DNA of 56,870 nt from an uncultured Verrucomicrobiales bacterium (GCA_938091905.1 CALKOM010000047.1:1-56870), one strand, 5' to 3'. Numbered from the stretch's first letter, positions 1 through 9,600 are shown. Translations and numbers: made by a program. Notes: generated by a model from the letters alone, not told the origin.

Positions 1-1634
1 AAAACACTGGTGACCCCGCCGAGATCCAATCGGTTGATGTTCCCTTCGCCACTGGTGAATAACCCCAGCTGCGGATGCCATGCCGGCCCCTCACCAGCAC
101 CCAACTTGAGAAGCTCCACTGGCTTAGCACCATCGGCGAAGATCTTGGCACTAGCGTCAGAAACGGGAACATCACCAGGGAGATCCGAACGCGCTTGGTC
201 CACTTCCTTCCCTTCCCAAATAACCGTTTCTCCATCATAGGTCAGGATACGGCTCGAACTTCTCGGCGCTGGCTTGGTACTAGTTTTTGGCATGAAAGAG
301 GCCAAATGCGTCTTGATGTCGGCATGCTCCGCTAAGTGCGCGATATTTGTCCATTCGTGGGGATCAGCCTCAAGATCGTAGAGCTCCTCAGTCCCGTCCG
401 CGTAGCGAATGTAACGCCACTTCTCCGTGCAGGCACCGTGGTTGTCGTGGTTGTGCGTGGTGAGGGCAGGAAACTCTCGCGGCGCATCGGGATCTTTGAG
501 TTGTGGCATGAGGCTATGCCCCTCCAAGTCATCCCGTTCTTTCAAATCGCAGAGTTCATTCAACGTTGGATAGATGTCTAACAATTCAGCAGGGCGATGC
601 GTGCGCTTTCCTGATCCCACACCCGGTCCGGCAAAGATCAGGGGCACACGCGTGCTATCTTGCCAAAGGGTGTTCTTTCCTGTGATGTCTTTCTCTCCCA
701 CATGCCAACCATGATCCGACCACAGGACGACCACCGTATCGTCAGTCTTGCCACTTGCTTCGAGAGCATCTAACACACGCCCTACTTGACTATCCACGAA
801 ACTGACACTTGCAAGATAAGACCGCGTGAGATGACGCCACTCATTGTTCTGCTTCAACCAACTCAGACGGGTCTCGGGTAGGTCCCAGTGCAAGTAAGAG
901 GCAAACTTTGGCAAGTCGCTGCGATCTCCGTCCAAGTAAGGCGGCAGTTCCAAGGTGTCTTCAGGATAGAGATCGAACCATTTCTGCGTGGCATAACAAG
1001 GCACATGAGGAAGAAAGAAGCCGACCGCGAGAAAGAACGGATCTTCGGCTTCCGCTTGTTTGGCTAGCGCCTCGACCGCCCAACTCGCAACTTTCCAATC
1101 GCCCTTGTCCTCATCCCTGTGAGGAAACGTTCCCCAATCGACCAGAGGATGCTTTGCTGGGGTGTCGACAATTTTCTGAGCGGGCTTGGCACCAACACTG
1201 GCATTCGGTCCCCACTCATGAAACTCTCCCTCACGGCCACGTTTGCCGCCATGGTAGATCTTCCCACCGCTCAACGTGCGATAACCGTGATTCGCAAAGT
1301 GCTGTGCCAAGGTGACGCGATCCTTGAACGGCTCGACCGTCCGGAACCATGGAGCAAGGCCATAGATTCCCGTCGTCGACGGACGTAATCCTAACATCAG
1401 GCTTGTCCGCGAGGCATTGCAGAGAGGCGATTGGCAATGCGCATTTGTAAAGACCGTACCACGGGCAGCCAAACGATCCATGTGTGGCGTCTGAACCTGC
1501 GGATGCCCGCCGAGTGGACCAACCCAGTCATTGAGATCATCGATCGCAATGAACAGCACGTTAGGTTTCGCATCTGCTGAGCTGGACCACGTGCCGAGAA
1601 CGACCAGAAAGACGAAAAGAAGGCGTTTCATCAT
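1..1634 (-). CDS. Secreted sulfatase (formylglycine-dependent) with probable C-terminal SMP-30/gluconolactonase domain; runs off window start
   Basis: Not in ORF track (no stop inside window). Translated by hand from ATG at 1634: MMKRLLFVFLVVLGTWSSSADAKPNVLFIAIDDLNDWVG...TPHMDRLAARGTVFTNAHCQSPLCNASRTSLMLGLRP; the same frame at the window edge reads GAGEGPAWHPQLGLFTSGEGNINR. Confidence 0.9.
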   Translation of the reverse strand, partial: MMKRLLFVFLVVLGTWSSSADAKPNVLFIAIDDLNDWVGPLGGHPQVQTPHMDRLAARGTVFTNAHCQSPLCNASRTSLMLGLRPSTTGIYGLAPWFRTVEPFKDRVTLAQHFANHGYRTLSGGKIYHGGKRGREGEFHEWGPNASVGAKPAQKIVDTPAKHPLVDWGTFPHRDEDKGDWKVASWAVEALAKQAEAEDPFFLAVGFFLPHVPCYATQKWFDLYPEDTLELPPYLDGDRSDLPKFASYLHWDLPETRLSWLKQNNEWRHLTRSYLASVSFVDSQVGRVLDALEASGKTDDTVVVLWSDHGWHVGEKDITGKNTLWQDSTRVPLIFAGPGVGSGKRTHRPAELLDIYPTLNELCDLKERDDLEGHSLMPQLKDPDAPREFPALTTHNHDNHGACTEKWRYIRYADGTEELYDLEADPHEWTNIAHLAEHADIKTHLASFMPKTSTKPAPRSSSRILTYDGETVIWEGKEVDQARSDLPGDVPVSDASAKIFADGAKPVELLKLGAGEGPAWHPQLGLFTSGEGNINRLDLGGVTSV

Positions 1635-1639
1635 GCCTC

Positions 1640-1668
1640 ATCCCAGGGGCAAATCACGCCGATGTCAA
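1640..1668 (-). promoter_or_regulatory. Putative sigma70 promoter of the sulfatase gene
   Basis: TTGACA-17 nt-TGGGAT, 5 nt before the ATG. Confidence 0.45.
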
Positions 1669-1726
1669 TCGAGCCGCGCGAGCGTTTGCAATTATGCTGG
1701 CCCATCGGATAGCGTAACCACCTCTG

Positions 1727-2971
1727 ATGCCCGCTGACACTCCACCTCACCTCAACCGCGTACGCGTGCGGCGTTGGCATTTCGGCATGGTCGTGTTTCT
1801 CGCAGGCTACCACGTCTTTCAGAACATCTGGCTTCACCTCCTTTGGTTCGCTGCGACCGTGGCGTTGCCCTATTTCACCTGGCGTGGGTTTCCAAAGCAG
1901 CCGTCCAAATTTCATATCACTGCCACCGTATTCTGTGGGCTCATGCTGCTCCTGTCCTACCGGCCAGGCGCCTGGCCATCCAGCTTCGGATGGCTAGGCG
2001 TGCCACTCGCTCTCGGGGATACCTTGCTCTTCCTCGTCTTTATCGACGCCGCTTATCAGTTAGGTCATCGACGCGAGCATTTCCGCGAACGCACACTCTT
2101 CATCATCGTTCTGGTCGCTGCAGTTACCGCAGTGATCAGCCTGATCGTATTCTATGCCCTACCAACCACACAGTTTCCGGCAAGTCGACTAAAGAACGTC
2201 ATCGTACACTTCGGTCTCGCACCTGTCCTGACCGGCTTGCTCTTCGCTTCCGCTGGACTAACAGCCGCGTTACTTGCGTGTCGGGAGACCGTGACCAAGC
2301 GACGATGCCAACTCCTTGTGCTTGAAGCGATCCTTTTATTCTCAGCATTGTGTACCCAAACCCGTGGCGCTATCCTCGCCTTCATCGTCGGGCTCGTGAT
2401 CCTGATCATTTGTCAGTTTCATCGCAAACTTCTTGGGCCCCTTGCCGTAATCGTCATCGTCTGCGCGATTTACCAATGGGCTCTGCCGTCTCTCAGTCGA
2501 GCGGTGTCCACCCAAGCACAGGAGGAGGCAAATCCTGCCAAGTCGTTAATCGTTCGGAAGGACGCTGGACGACTAAATCTCTACGAGATCATTCTCGACC
2601 GGATGGCACCACCCGTCGACTATGTGTTAGGACGTGGACGCTGGGCACCGGATACTGCTGGGCCTCCCGAGCAGTCTTGGCACGCCCATCACCCCCATAG
2701 CGTGTATCTCGCGACATTCTATCGCGGCGGAGGACTGGGCTTGATGGCGTTGGGAACCGTCATGTTCATTGGTCTCGTGCCTTGCTGGCGCGAAGCACGC
2801 GCAGGCCGCCCTGTATGGTTGATTCTCGCTGGCTTCGGCATGGCCGCCTTCCTGGTCGATGGCGATGACCTTACCACGATCGCTTCCATGCCGCGTGTGG
2901 AACCTCTCCTCTTCTGGTTTCCCCTGGCTGCCGGTGCTGGAGCATCGGCAAGAGAACGAACTTCGCCTTGA
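1727..2971 (+). CDS. O-antigen ligase (WaaL/Wzy_C) family membrane protein
   Basis: Many TM segments; TQTRGAILA, GRLNLY and HHPHSVYLATFYRGGGLG motifs typical of the family. Confidence 0.8.
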   Translation: MPADTPPHLNRVRVRRWHFGMVVFLAGYHVFQNIWLHLLWFAATVALPYFTWRGFPKQPSKFHITATVFCGLMLLLSYRPGAWPSSFGWLGVPLALGDTLLFLVFIDAAYQLGHRREHFRERTLFIIVLVAAVTAVISLIVFYALPTTQFPASRLKNVIVHFGLAPVLTGLLFASAGLTAALLACRETVTKRRCQLLVLEAILLFSALCTQTRGAILAFIVGLVILIICQFHRKLLGPLAVIVIVCAIYQWALPSLSRAVSTQAQEEANPAKSLIVRKDAGRLNLYEIILDRMAPPVDYVLGRGRWAPDTAGPPEQSWHAHHPHSVYLATFYRGGGLGLMALGTVMFIGLVPCWREARAGRPVWLILAGFGMAAFLVDGDDLTTIASMPRVEPLLFWFPLAAGAGASARERTSP

Positions 2972-3001
2972 GCAACAGGGCCTGGGCTTCCACAGTTCCG
3001 A

Positions 3002-6000
3002 ATGCCCTCTAGAGACCGCGCAACGCTCCCACCGAAACTGCTTGAGCAGTTTCGCTGCCTGCGTCGGCGACTTTGGCAAACCCGCTTCTTAGAATGGTCT
3101 GGCTTGGTCATCGTTGCGTTGATCAGCCTGTTCTTCGTCGTTTGGATATCCGACCGCGTCTGGGACACTCCCTTAGCCTGGCGCATGGCTCTACTCGCCT
3201 GCATTTACATCACTCTGTTAGGATTCGCGTCATGGCTCTTCTTGCGCTGGGGCTTGCCGCTAACCCGCTGGACGGCGCTCGGTAACTTCGTTCGGAGATG
3301 GGATCGCAAATCCGGCGATCGTGTTCTCGCTGCCGTTTCTCTAACAGAAGAAGAAGCACAGGCCGCTGAGTCGCCGCGCCTACGAGAAGCCGCCCTCGGG
3401 CAGATCGCGAATCAGCTTAGCCAAACTGATCTCACACCGAGCATCTCCCGCGTTTGGCTCAGAAGGGCTTCCACCTCCGTCATTGGCACGACGCTTCTAC
3501 TTGGTCTTGTTCTTCTGCTAGCGCCTCATGCCAGCATGAACGCCGCAGTTCGGACGTTCCGCCCGTGGAAAGACACGCCTCGCTACACCTTTGTCCAGCT
3601 TGGCGACATCCCCTCGACCCAAATCATCCCTCATGGCGAACCCACCATGGTCAGCGTCCCACTAAAGGAAGACTCCCCTTGGAGCCGTCCTCAAGGACAC
3701 GCCACAGTACATGGCCAATCGCTCGTCGCGCCCTTGGAGAGGGGTGCCTACACCTTTGAACTCCCCGGACTCGTCAACGAGGAAACGCTCAGCGTTCGCA
3801 TTGGCGATGCCCAAACGAAGATTCAGATTGTTCCCATGCACCGACCTGGGCTCGAACACTTGGAGGCCAACATCATCCTACCTACCTACTTGCAACACTC
3901 GCCACGGGTCACGGAAATCACCACCGGCAACTTGGAAGTCCTCACCGGAAGCCGCCTCCACCTCACAGGCACCGTGACCCGTACGCTTGCCAAAGCAGAC
4001 TTTCGCGGTGTCGATTCCCAAGCCCTTAGAATCGAAGGCCAGCAATTCCACACGCACACCCTTGAGATCAATGAACGCCCACAGATCTTGGAGATCAAGT
4101 GGGAAGATCAATTAGGACTCCTGGCACGCGATCCCTTGCGCGTAGAGCTTCGTCCCGTCCAAGACAAGCCTCCCCGTGTCGAGCTGATCACTGGCACCTC
4201 GGCAGCGTTGACACTATTGGCACATGATACGGTTTCGTTCGGGCTACGAGCAGAAGACGACTTCGGCCTTCGTTCCATTGGGTATGTGTGGGGACCTTCA
4301 GGCGCAAAGCCAGAGGAACTCTGGCCAGATCAATCTCGTCAATCCAAAGAAGGTGGCGCTGAGGTTGTTTCGTTAGAAAATGATCTCACGTTTGCACCTA
4401 ATACATTGGGACTGGCGCCTGGTAAGTGGCAATTCTGGGCTTACGCACAGGACTTTCAACCTGAAGCGCTGCCAAGTTTCTCATCGGCCAAGGTCCTCCA
4501 AGTGCTAACTGACGCCCAACACGCCTCCATGGTCCGCGCCCAGTTTCGACAGGTTCAAGAACAGCTTGAATCCATCGCCCGCGAGGAGGCCAGTCTGTTG
4601 CAAGAGAACCAAGCTCTCGCCCAAGCGGAGAATCTCGATCCAGCAGCACTCGACAAACAACAGAAGGCCGAACAGGAGACGGCCGACAAGCTCGCCGAGC
4701 TCACCACGCAATCGCAGGCTCTGTTAGAACAGGCCCTCAAGAATGATTCCATCGACACGACGGCCATGGATTCTTGGGGCGACATGCTAGCCGCCATGCA
4801 AAGTGTTTCACAGACAGGCATGCCGCAGGCATCGCAATCTCTCGGTCAGGCCAGTAACGCAGCTCAGGGTGGAAATTCTGGTCAGGCAAAGCAATCCCTT
4901 GCCGAGGCTATCGCCCAGCAAGAAGAGAACCTCAAACAACTCGCTGACGCCATGGGCGAAGCTCAACAAACGGAGGAAAAATTAGAAGCAGCAACCTTTG
5001 TCAATCGCCTTCGCGGTGTCGCCACAGCCGAGGAACGTATCGCCACCGAGATGAAGGCAACCGTATTCCAATCGGCAGGACTCGCCCCTGTCCAACTGAA
5101 TAAATCGGCGATGAAGGCTCTGGGCCTCCTTTCAGATAGCCATGACCTCACGCGCAACGAAGTCAACTACCTCATGACTGATCTAGAACACTATCATCGT
5201 CGCACCGACAAACCCATCTATGGGAAGGTTCATGGAGAGATGGTGCAGTCCAAGGTTCCCATTGAGCTAAGCCAAATCACCCGACGGGTGCAGCACAACC
5301 AGCACGGTCGCGTCATCCAAAGTAGCATTCGCTGGGCAAAGCAGTTTCACGCATGGGCAGACGCTCTCGCTGCTGACAAAGAACCCGAGAAAGAGCAACC
5401 AACTCAGGAAGGAGCAGGAGAAAGTGAAGGGAAGACGGACACAGAAACGCTGCTTGCGATCATGCGCCTCGTGCAACGCGAGATGGCACTCCGCGATCAA
5501 ACCCGCGCCCTCGATCGACGCCGTAATCAAGAAGACTACCATGAAGCCGCCCAAGTATTGGAACAGGAACAACGTGATCTTGGCTTCGCCGTCGCTGCGT
5601 TGTTAGCACGGGTCTTCGGACCTGAGGTTCAAATGCGCCTCCGCGCTGCCGGTTCTGCCATGAACGATGCTGCCCTTCTATTAGAAAAACCCGAGACGGG
5701 TGGCGAGACTATCGCCGCCGAGACCGAGGTCATCGAGTTGCTCGGCAGCGCTGCCAAGAATGCTAGCCAGATGAGTGGGAATTCCAAAGGTATGCAGGCC
5801 CTAGCAGAGCTCCTCTCGCTCATGGAAGTTGGCAACAGTCCAGGTGGTAATCCCGAAGGTGCCGCGAGCAACCTTGCCTCGAACGCGACGACCGGCGTGA
5901 CCACCGAGGACAATCGCGAACATCGCCAGATCGAAAAGACAACTGGCTATCAAAACGACAGCTTCCCCGAAGAATTTCGCGAAGCCCTAGGCAAGTTCTT

Positions 6001-6064
6001 CGAAGCTCGCGAAGCACTCATCGGTGCCCCAGCTGCAGAAGGCGAAGCTCGTTCATTTCCATAG
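3002..6064 (+). CDS. Large membrane-anchored Ig-like/coiled-coil protein (DUF4175-like, PVC type)
   Basis: 1020 aa; N-terminal TMs, DKPPRV...AEDDFGL Ig-like module, Q/E/A-rich coiled coil, C-terminal FPEEFREALGKFF. Confidence 0.75.
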   Translation: MPSRDRATLPPKLLEQFRCLRRRLWQTRFLEWSGLVIVALISLFFVVWISDRVWDTPLAWRMALLACIYITLLGFASWLFLRWGLPLTRWTALGNFVRRWDRKSGDRVLAAVSLTEEEAQAAESPRLREAALGQIANQLSQTDLTPSISRVWLRRASTSVIGTTLLLGLVLLLAPHASMNAAVRTFRPWKDTPRYTFVQLGDIPSTQIIPHGEPTMVSVPLKEDSPWSRPQGHATVHGQSLVAPLERGAYTFELPGLVNEETLSVRIGDAQTKIQIVPMHRPGLEHLEANIILPTYLQHSPRVTEITTGNLEVLTGSRLHLTGTVTRTLAKADFRGVDSQALRIEGQQFHTHTLEINERPQILEIKWEDQLGLLARDPLRVELRPVQDKPPRVELITGTSAALTLLAHDTVSFGLRAEDDFGLRSIGYVWGPSGAKPEELWPDQSRQSKEGGAEVVSLENDLTFAPNTLGLAPGKWQFWAYAQDFQPEALPSFSSAKVLQVLTDAQHASMVRAQFRQVQEQLESIAREEASLLQENQALAQAENLDPAALDKQQKAEQETADKLAELTTQSQALLEQALKNDSIDTTAMDSWGDMLAAMQSVSQTGMPQASQSLGQASNAAQGGNSGQAKQSLAEAIAQQEENLKQLADAMGEAQQTEEKLEAATFVNRLRGVATAEERIATEMKATVFQSAGLAPVQLNKSAMKALGLLSDSHDLTRNEVNYLMTDLEHYHRRTDKPIYGKVHGEMVQSKVPIELSQITRRVQHNQHGRVIQSSIRWAKQFHAWADALAADKEPEKEQPTQEGAGESEGKTDTETLLAIMRLVQREMALRDQTRALDRRRNQEDYHEAAQVLEQEQRDLGFAVAALLARVFGPEVQMRLRAAGSAMNDAALLLEKPETGGETIAAETEVIELLGSAAKNASQMSGNSKGMQALAELLSLMEVGNSPGGNPEGAASNLASNATTGVTTEDNREHRQIEKTTGYQNDSFPEEFREALGKFFEAREALIGAPAAEGEARSFP

Positions 6065-6071
6065 CGAACCT

Positions 6072-6477
6072 CTAAAAAGCAGCGACGCGTTCGGCCAAAT
6101 CAGGGTATGATTCTGCCTTCAGGCTCTCCACCTGCCGCGCCCACTTGGCCGTACGGGAGATTCCGGAGCTGTGGAAGGAGCGCACCTTGGGTTCTGAGGA
6201 TACGGATCGCCATGCACCGATTCCGGTCTCGATCACGGCGGCAGTCGTCACAATACGCGTCGCTTTCTTCTCGTCCGTGACCAGTTCTCCAACAATTGGA
6301 ATCCAGCTATTCACCGCTTTGCTAGGCAGATCTCCCACACTGGTTTCTAACGTGCCCCACACAACCACCACATGACGCATGCCTGCTTGACCAGCGGCCA
6401 TGCGCATGCGTTTTGAAGCACTCGCCTTGTCTTGCCCTTTCTTGCCGACAGGCAGGCCACTGAACGGCACCACTTCG
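6072..6477 (-). pseudogene. 5'-truncated hypothetical protein fragment
   Basis: Plausible globular sequence (YEVVPFSGLP...RHVVVVWG...SWIPIVG) with no proper N-terminus; begins exactly at an inverted-repeat element. Confidence 0.5.
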
Positions 6478-6527
6478 TATTAATGCGGCCAACAAATATA
6501 TGATTGTATTTAAGGGCCGCATTAATA
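6478..6527. repeat. 50-bp element with perfect 13-bp terminal inverted repeats (MITE/IS scar-like)
   Basis: TATTAATGCGGCC-24 nt AT-rich spacer-GGCCGCATTAATA. Confidence 0.75.
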
Positions 6528-6676
6528 GGGTTACTCGTTCGCCAAAAGCAGCCAGGCCTCACTTCGTTCCATAGCCTCCGATTGTGGCCAATTGCAATTG
6601 CACTCTCTCGGGCAAGTCGATCCAAATTCTGAGTTTTTAGGTCGCCATTTTTTTGTAGCTATCTCAGAAAGCTCAA

Positions 6677-8602
6677 GTGAGCTACGATGTCTTATCCGAG
6701 TATGATGAAGTTGGTGAGGGCGAGGAACATATCCCGCCAGTATCTGAAGCAATCTTGCGAGACCTCTTTGAGGCAGCGAGCCGAGTGCTAGAGATTCAGC
6801 CTTGGAAACGACTGGGCGACACTGACTCGTTTGCAATCGAAGACCCCGGCTCCGGCACTCTGCAAGTCGTATCGATCATGGGAAACGCTGAGGAGGTCTT
6901 CGCCATTCACAGCTATCTCCCGGATGAGGGTATTCGGTTCTGGAACGATTTCATCGAATCAGGCGGTCTTCCAAATCAAGACATCCTCTTGTATCAGAAC
7001 CGCATGGTGTGTTGTGAATTCGTTAGCAGAGATGATCATTCAATGCTCCCTCATGATGAAGAGCTCAATCAGCGCATTGGATTGGATTGCAAACGGGGGG
7101 CTCTTGAACAGTGCGCGTTTCGCTCTTATCTTCCTGGTTGTTTTCCGTGGTTTGTGGACGAGGACGAAGCAAATCAGCTCCTTCAAGTGCTTCGACTCGT
7201 TCCCCGCTTCGCAAAGGAGTACAAGCGCCTTCCTGGAGAATGCTATAGCCTTGGACCTGATTTCATCTATCCTCAGATACCTGCCTATCATCCTCCAAAG
7301 GATGCCGATCAGACCGATACCAGTGCCTGGAAACGAAGCGTTATTCCTTTCCCCAAGGCACCTCCCACTCCGACACCAGAAGTCGGTCGTGATGAGCTAT
7401 TTCTCCGACGAGTGTCCTCGCACACTATCCGCCCAGAGTTGAGCTGGGAAATAGGTAGCTTCAAGTTTGAGAAACCGTTATTACATGATGGTCGCCCGCG
7501 TTGGCATCACCTCTCTTTTATAGCAGTACGTCCCGAAGGCTCAGTTCATGGTTCCACCATGACCCCTGTCGAGACAGGATTGGTAGCGTCCATTCGCCGC
7601 ACGTTTACTCAGGCCGCTGAGGATCTCGGCTATCTTCCAGGAGAGGTATGTGTTGGTAGCGACATCGCCGCAGCAGCCCTGGCGGATGTGTGCTTGGAGT
7701 ACCCTATTCGGGTCAATCGGGTTGCTCATGAAGACGAGCTAAGTTTGCTAAAAGAGGCAGCGTCTCACCTATTAAAACGTCCCGGTACACCGCACGGGCT
7801 CCCACCAGGCGGTGAGCTGATGGAAGCGATGCAGGAATTGCTCGATCAAGGCGTGACCAGCGGCACAGGCTCTGCCGAGGACATGGCCACGCTAAAATCA
7901 TTGTTAGAACAGTTTGGCGCTGACGAACTCCTCGATAAGATTGGCGGTGACGTTCAAGGCGCACCATCACTCGACTCCCCCTCGGTGGAATCTAGTTCAC
8001 CGCGAGCCTTGTACCGCCCGCCAACGAACCGTGAGCGGTTCGTGTTCCGCGTGGACTTGAAACGCGCCAAGCCACCTATCTGGAGGCGTTTCTCTCTACC
8101 GATTGATGCCTCTTTCTTTGATCTCCATGTGGCCATTCAAGATACCTTCGGATGGCATCACTGTCATTTACACGCATTTGAACTACGAGAGAAAGGACGA
8201 AGTAGAGCTAGCTTCAGCTATGGACTCGAAGACAACCCCTATATAAAGAACTTCTGCGAGTTCAGAAGTCGACTCTGCGATGTCCACACTGACGGATTTG
8301 ACGTCATCCACTATACTTACGATTTTGGCGATGGTTGGGAACACAAGGTCAAGATTGAGAAACAGGTTCTGCTCGACGAGGTCCAGCCAAGAGCCATCTT
8401 TATCAAGGGACGTGGCGCGTGCCCACCCGAAGACTGTGGCGGTATCGAAATCTATCAAGCTGTGCGGGACGAAACTTCAATGATTGACCACCTTCCCCCT
8501 GAAAAAGTGGCCGAAATAATGACAAATACGTACGAGCCAGATGCTATAAAAACCTCTGATATCGAGACAGCGCTAGCCCGACTGGAAGACTTATCGGAAT
8601 AG
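6677..8602 (+). CDS. Protein with C-terminal plasmid pRiA4b ORF-3 family domain and long uncharacterised N-terminal region
   Basis: PPIWRRFSLP..FFDLHVAIQDTFGW..HLHAF, YTYDFGDGWEH, GRGACPPEDCGG. Confidence 0.8.
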   Translation: MSYDVLSEYDEVGEGEEHIPPVSEAILRDLFEAASRVLEIQPWKRLGDTDSFAIEDPGSGTLQVVSIMGNAEEVFAIHSYLPDEGIRFWNDFIESGGLPNQDILLYQNRMVCCEFVSRDDHSMLPHDEELNQRIGLDCKRGALEQCAFRSYLPGCFPWFVDEDEANQLLQVLRLVPRFAKEYKRLPGECYSLGPDFIYPQIPAYHPPKDADQTDTSAWKRSVIPFPKAPPTPTPEVGRDELFLRRVSSHTIRPELSWEIGSFKFEKPLLHDGRPRWHHLSFIAVRPEGSVHGSTMTPVETGLVASIRRTFTQAAEDLGYLPGEVCVGSDIAAAALADVCLEYPIRVNRVAHEDELSLLKEAASHLLKRPGTPHGLPPGGELMEAMQELLDQGVTSGTGSAEDMATLKSLLEQFGADELLDKIGGDVQGAPSLDSPSVESSSPRALYRPPTNRERFVFRVDLKRAKPPIWRRFSLPIDASFFDLHVAIQDTFGWHHCHLHAFELREKGRSRASFSYGLEDNPYIKNFCEFRSRLCDVHTDGFDVIHYTYDFGDGWEHKVKIEKQVLLDEVQPRAIFIKGRGACPPEDCGGIEIYQAVRDETSMIDHLPPEKVAEIMTNTYEPDAIKTSDIETALARLEDLSE

Positions 8603-9555
8603 AAAGTCCCGGTTCTCGCCATATATAGAGAATACGCCAGAGAAATGGGTTCGTTCGATATCAACTTGGAATTCGTGAGCGCCACGTTCAACGGCTTTCC
8701 CTGAGGGAGCCCCGCAATGACCACATAATCGGTAGGAGAGACTCGCACACGACTCTCAAGCTTCCCCGTCGTGAAGACGGGCATCTCAATACGATTGTCA
8801 GTCAACACGACGCTGACCGGATTTCCTAACCAGTCGCTTGCCGCTGTCGTGATTGGCGAACCATAGTTCACGAACCCATCGAAGTTCCTACTCTCTGCCT
8901 TCAAATTCACTTCAAGGTCTCCAGAACTCTTCACCATCGGAGTAACCCAACTTTGAAAACCACAATTCTTACTCTCAAACTTCGTTGGATGAGCCGGCGT
9001 CACGGGAAAAGCACCATGGGCATCGACGGAGTGATTCTCTGGAAGTTGAGGCGGATCGTATTCTACCGGGTGGATGAGTTCGCGAATGACTTCGTAAACA
9101 GCAGGCTGTCCCACCACGGTTACGGCTGATCCGTCGCTATACTCGTCGGTAATCACGTGCCGACTCTGCTGCAAGCCCGCGATCAGCGCCTTCCAATCAC
9201 TGGCTTGTACGACACGCGTCTGTGTCATCCCTGCTTTGTAATAGGACGCCAGTTCAGACACCCTCTCCGGCTGTTTAATCAGGAAGACACTCGTGTTGAT
9301 CTGGAACGGGGTGTTCTTTGTCAATCGTGCACCAGGAGCCACCAAAGTTGGTGGTGCCACCACCGGCGTCTGTTGTTGCGCACACGCTCCAAGTCCCACG
9401 AGGCTACACACCCCGCCAAGCATGAGGAGGGAGACGACCAAACTGGATTGCTGTCGCCGGCGCCGATCAACTAACAAACCTTCTACACGCGTCCTTCGAC
9501 GGCGAATCTGGAGCCTATTTCCTATCATAGAATAGCTAAAATAGGAACCATTCAT
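8455..9555 (-). CDS. Lipoprotein carrying a secretin C-terminal-like domain (Amuc_1098-type); true start probably downstream of 9555, 3' end uncertain
   Basis: RRRR + hydrophobic stretch + LGAC lipobox; RELIHPVEYDPP, FPVTPAHPTKFE, FDGFVNYGSPI, DNRIEMPVF motifs; overlaps convergent gene by 148 bp. Confidence 0.6.
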   Translation of the reverse strand: MNGSYFSYSMIGNRLQIRRRRTRVEGLLVDRRRRQQSSLVVSLLMLGGVCSLVGLGACAQQQTPVVAPPTLVAPGARLTKNTPFQINTSVFLIKQPERVSELASYYKAGMTQTRVVQASDWKALIAGLQQSRHVITDEYSDGSAVTVVGQPAVYEVIRELIHPVEYDPPQLPENHSVDAHGAFPVTPAHPTKFESKNCGFQSWVTPMVKSSGDLEVNLKAESRNFDGFVNYGSPITTAASDWLGNPVSVVLTDNRIEMPVFTTGKLESRVRVSPTDYVVIAGLPQGKPLNVALTNSKLISNEPISLAYSLYMARTGTFYSDKSSSRASAVSISEVFIASGSYVFVIISATFSGGRWSIIEVSSRTA

Positions 9556-9600
9556 CCCAGCGTTAATTCAAAAGAGGTAATTTTAGCCCTTCATCTGAGC

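Noticed and set aside
10..1437. Short ORFs listed in the first 1.5 kb
   Set aside because: Overlap the sulfatase, which the ORF track missed because it lacks a stop inside the window
6677..8602. Integrated plasmid or prophage suggested by the pRiA4b ORF-3 name
   Set aside because: No integrase, replication, transfer or phage genes in the window
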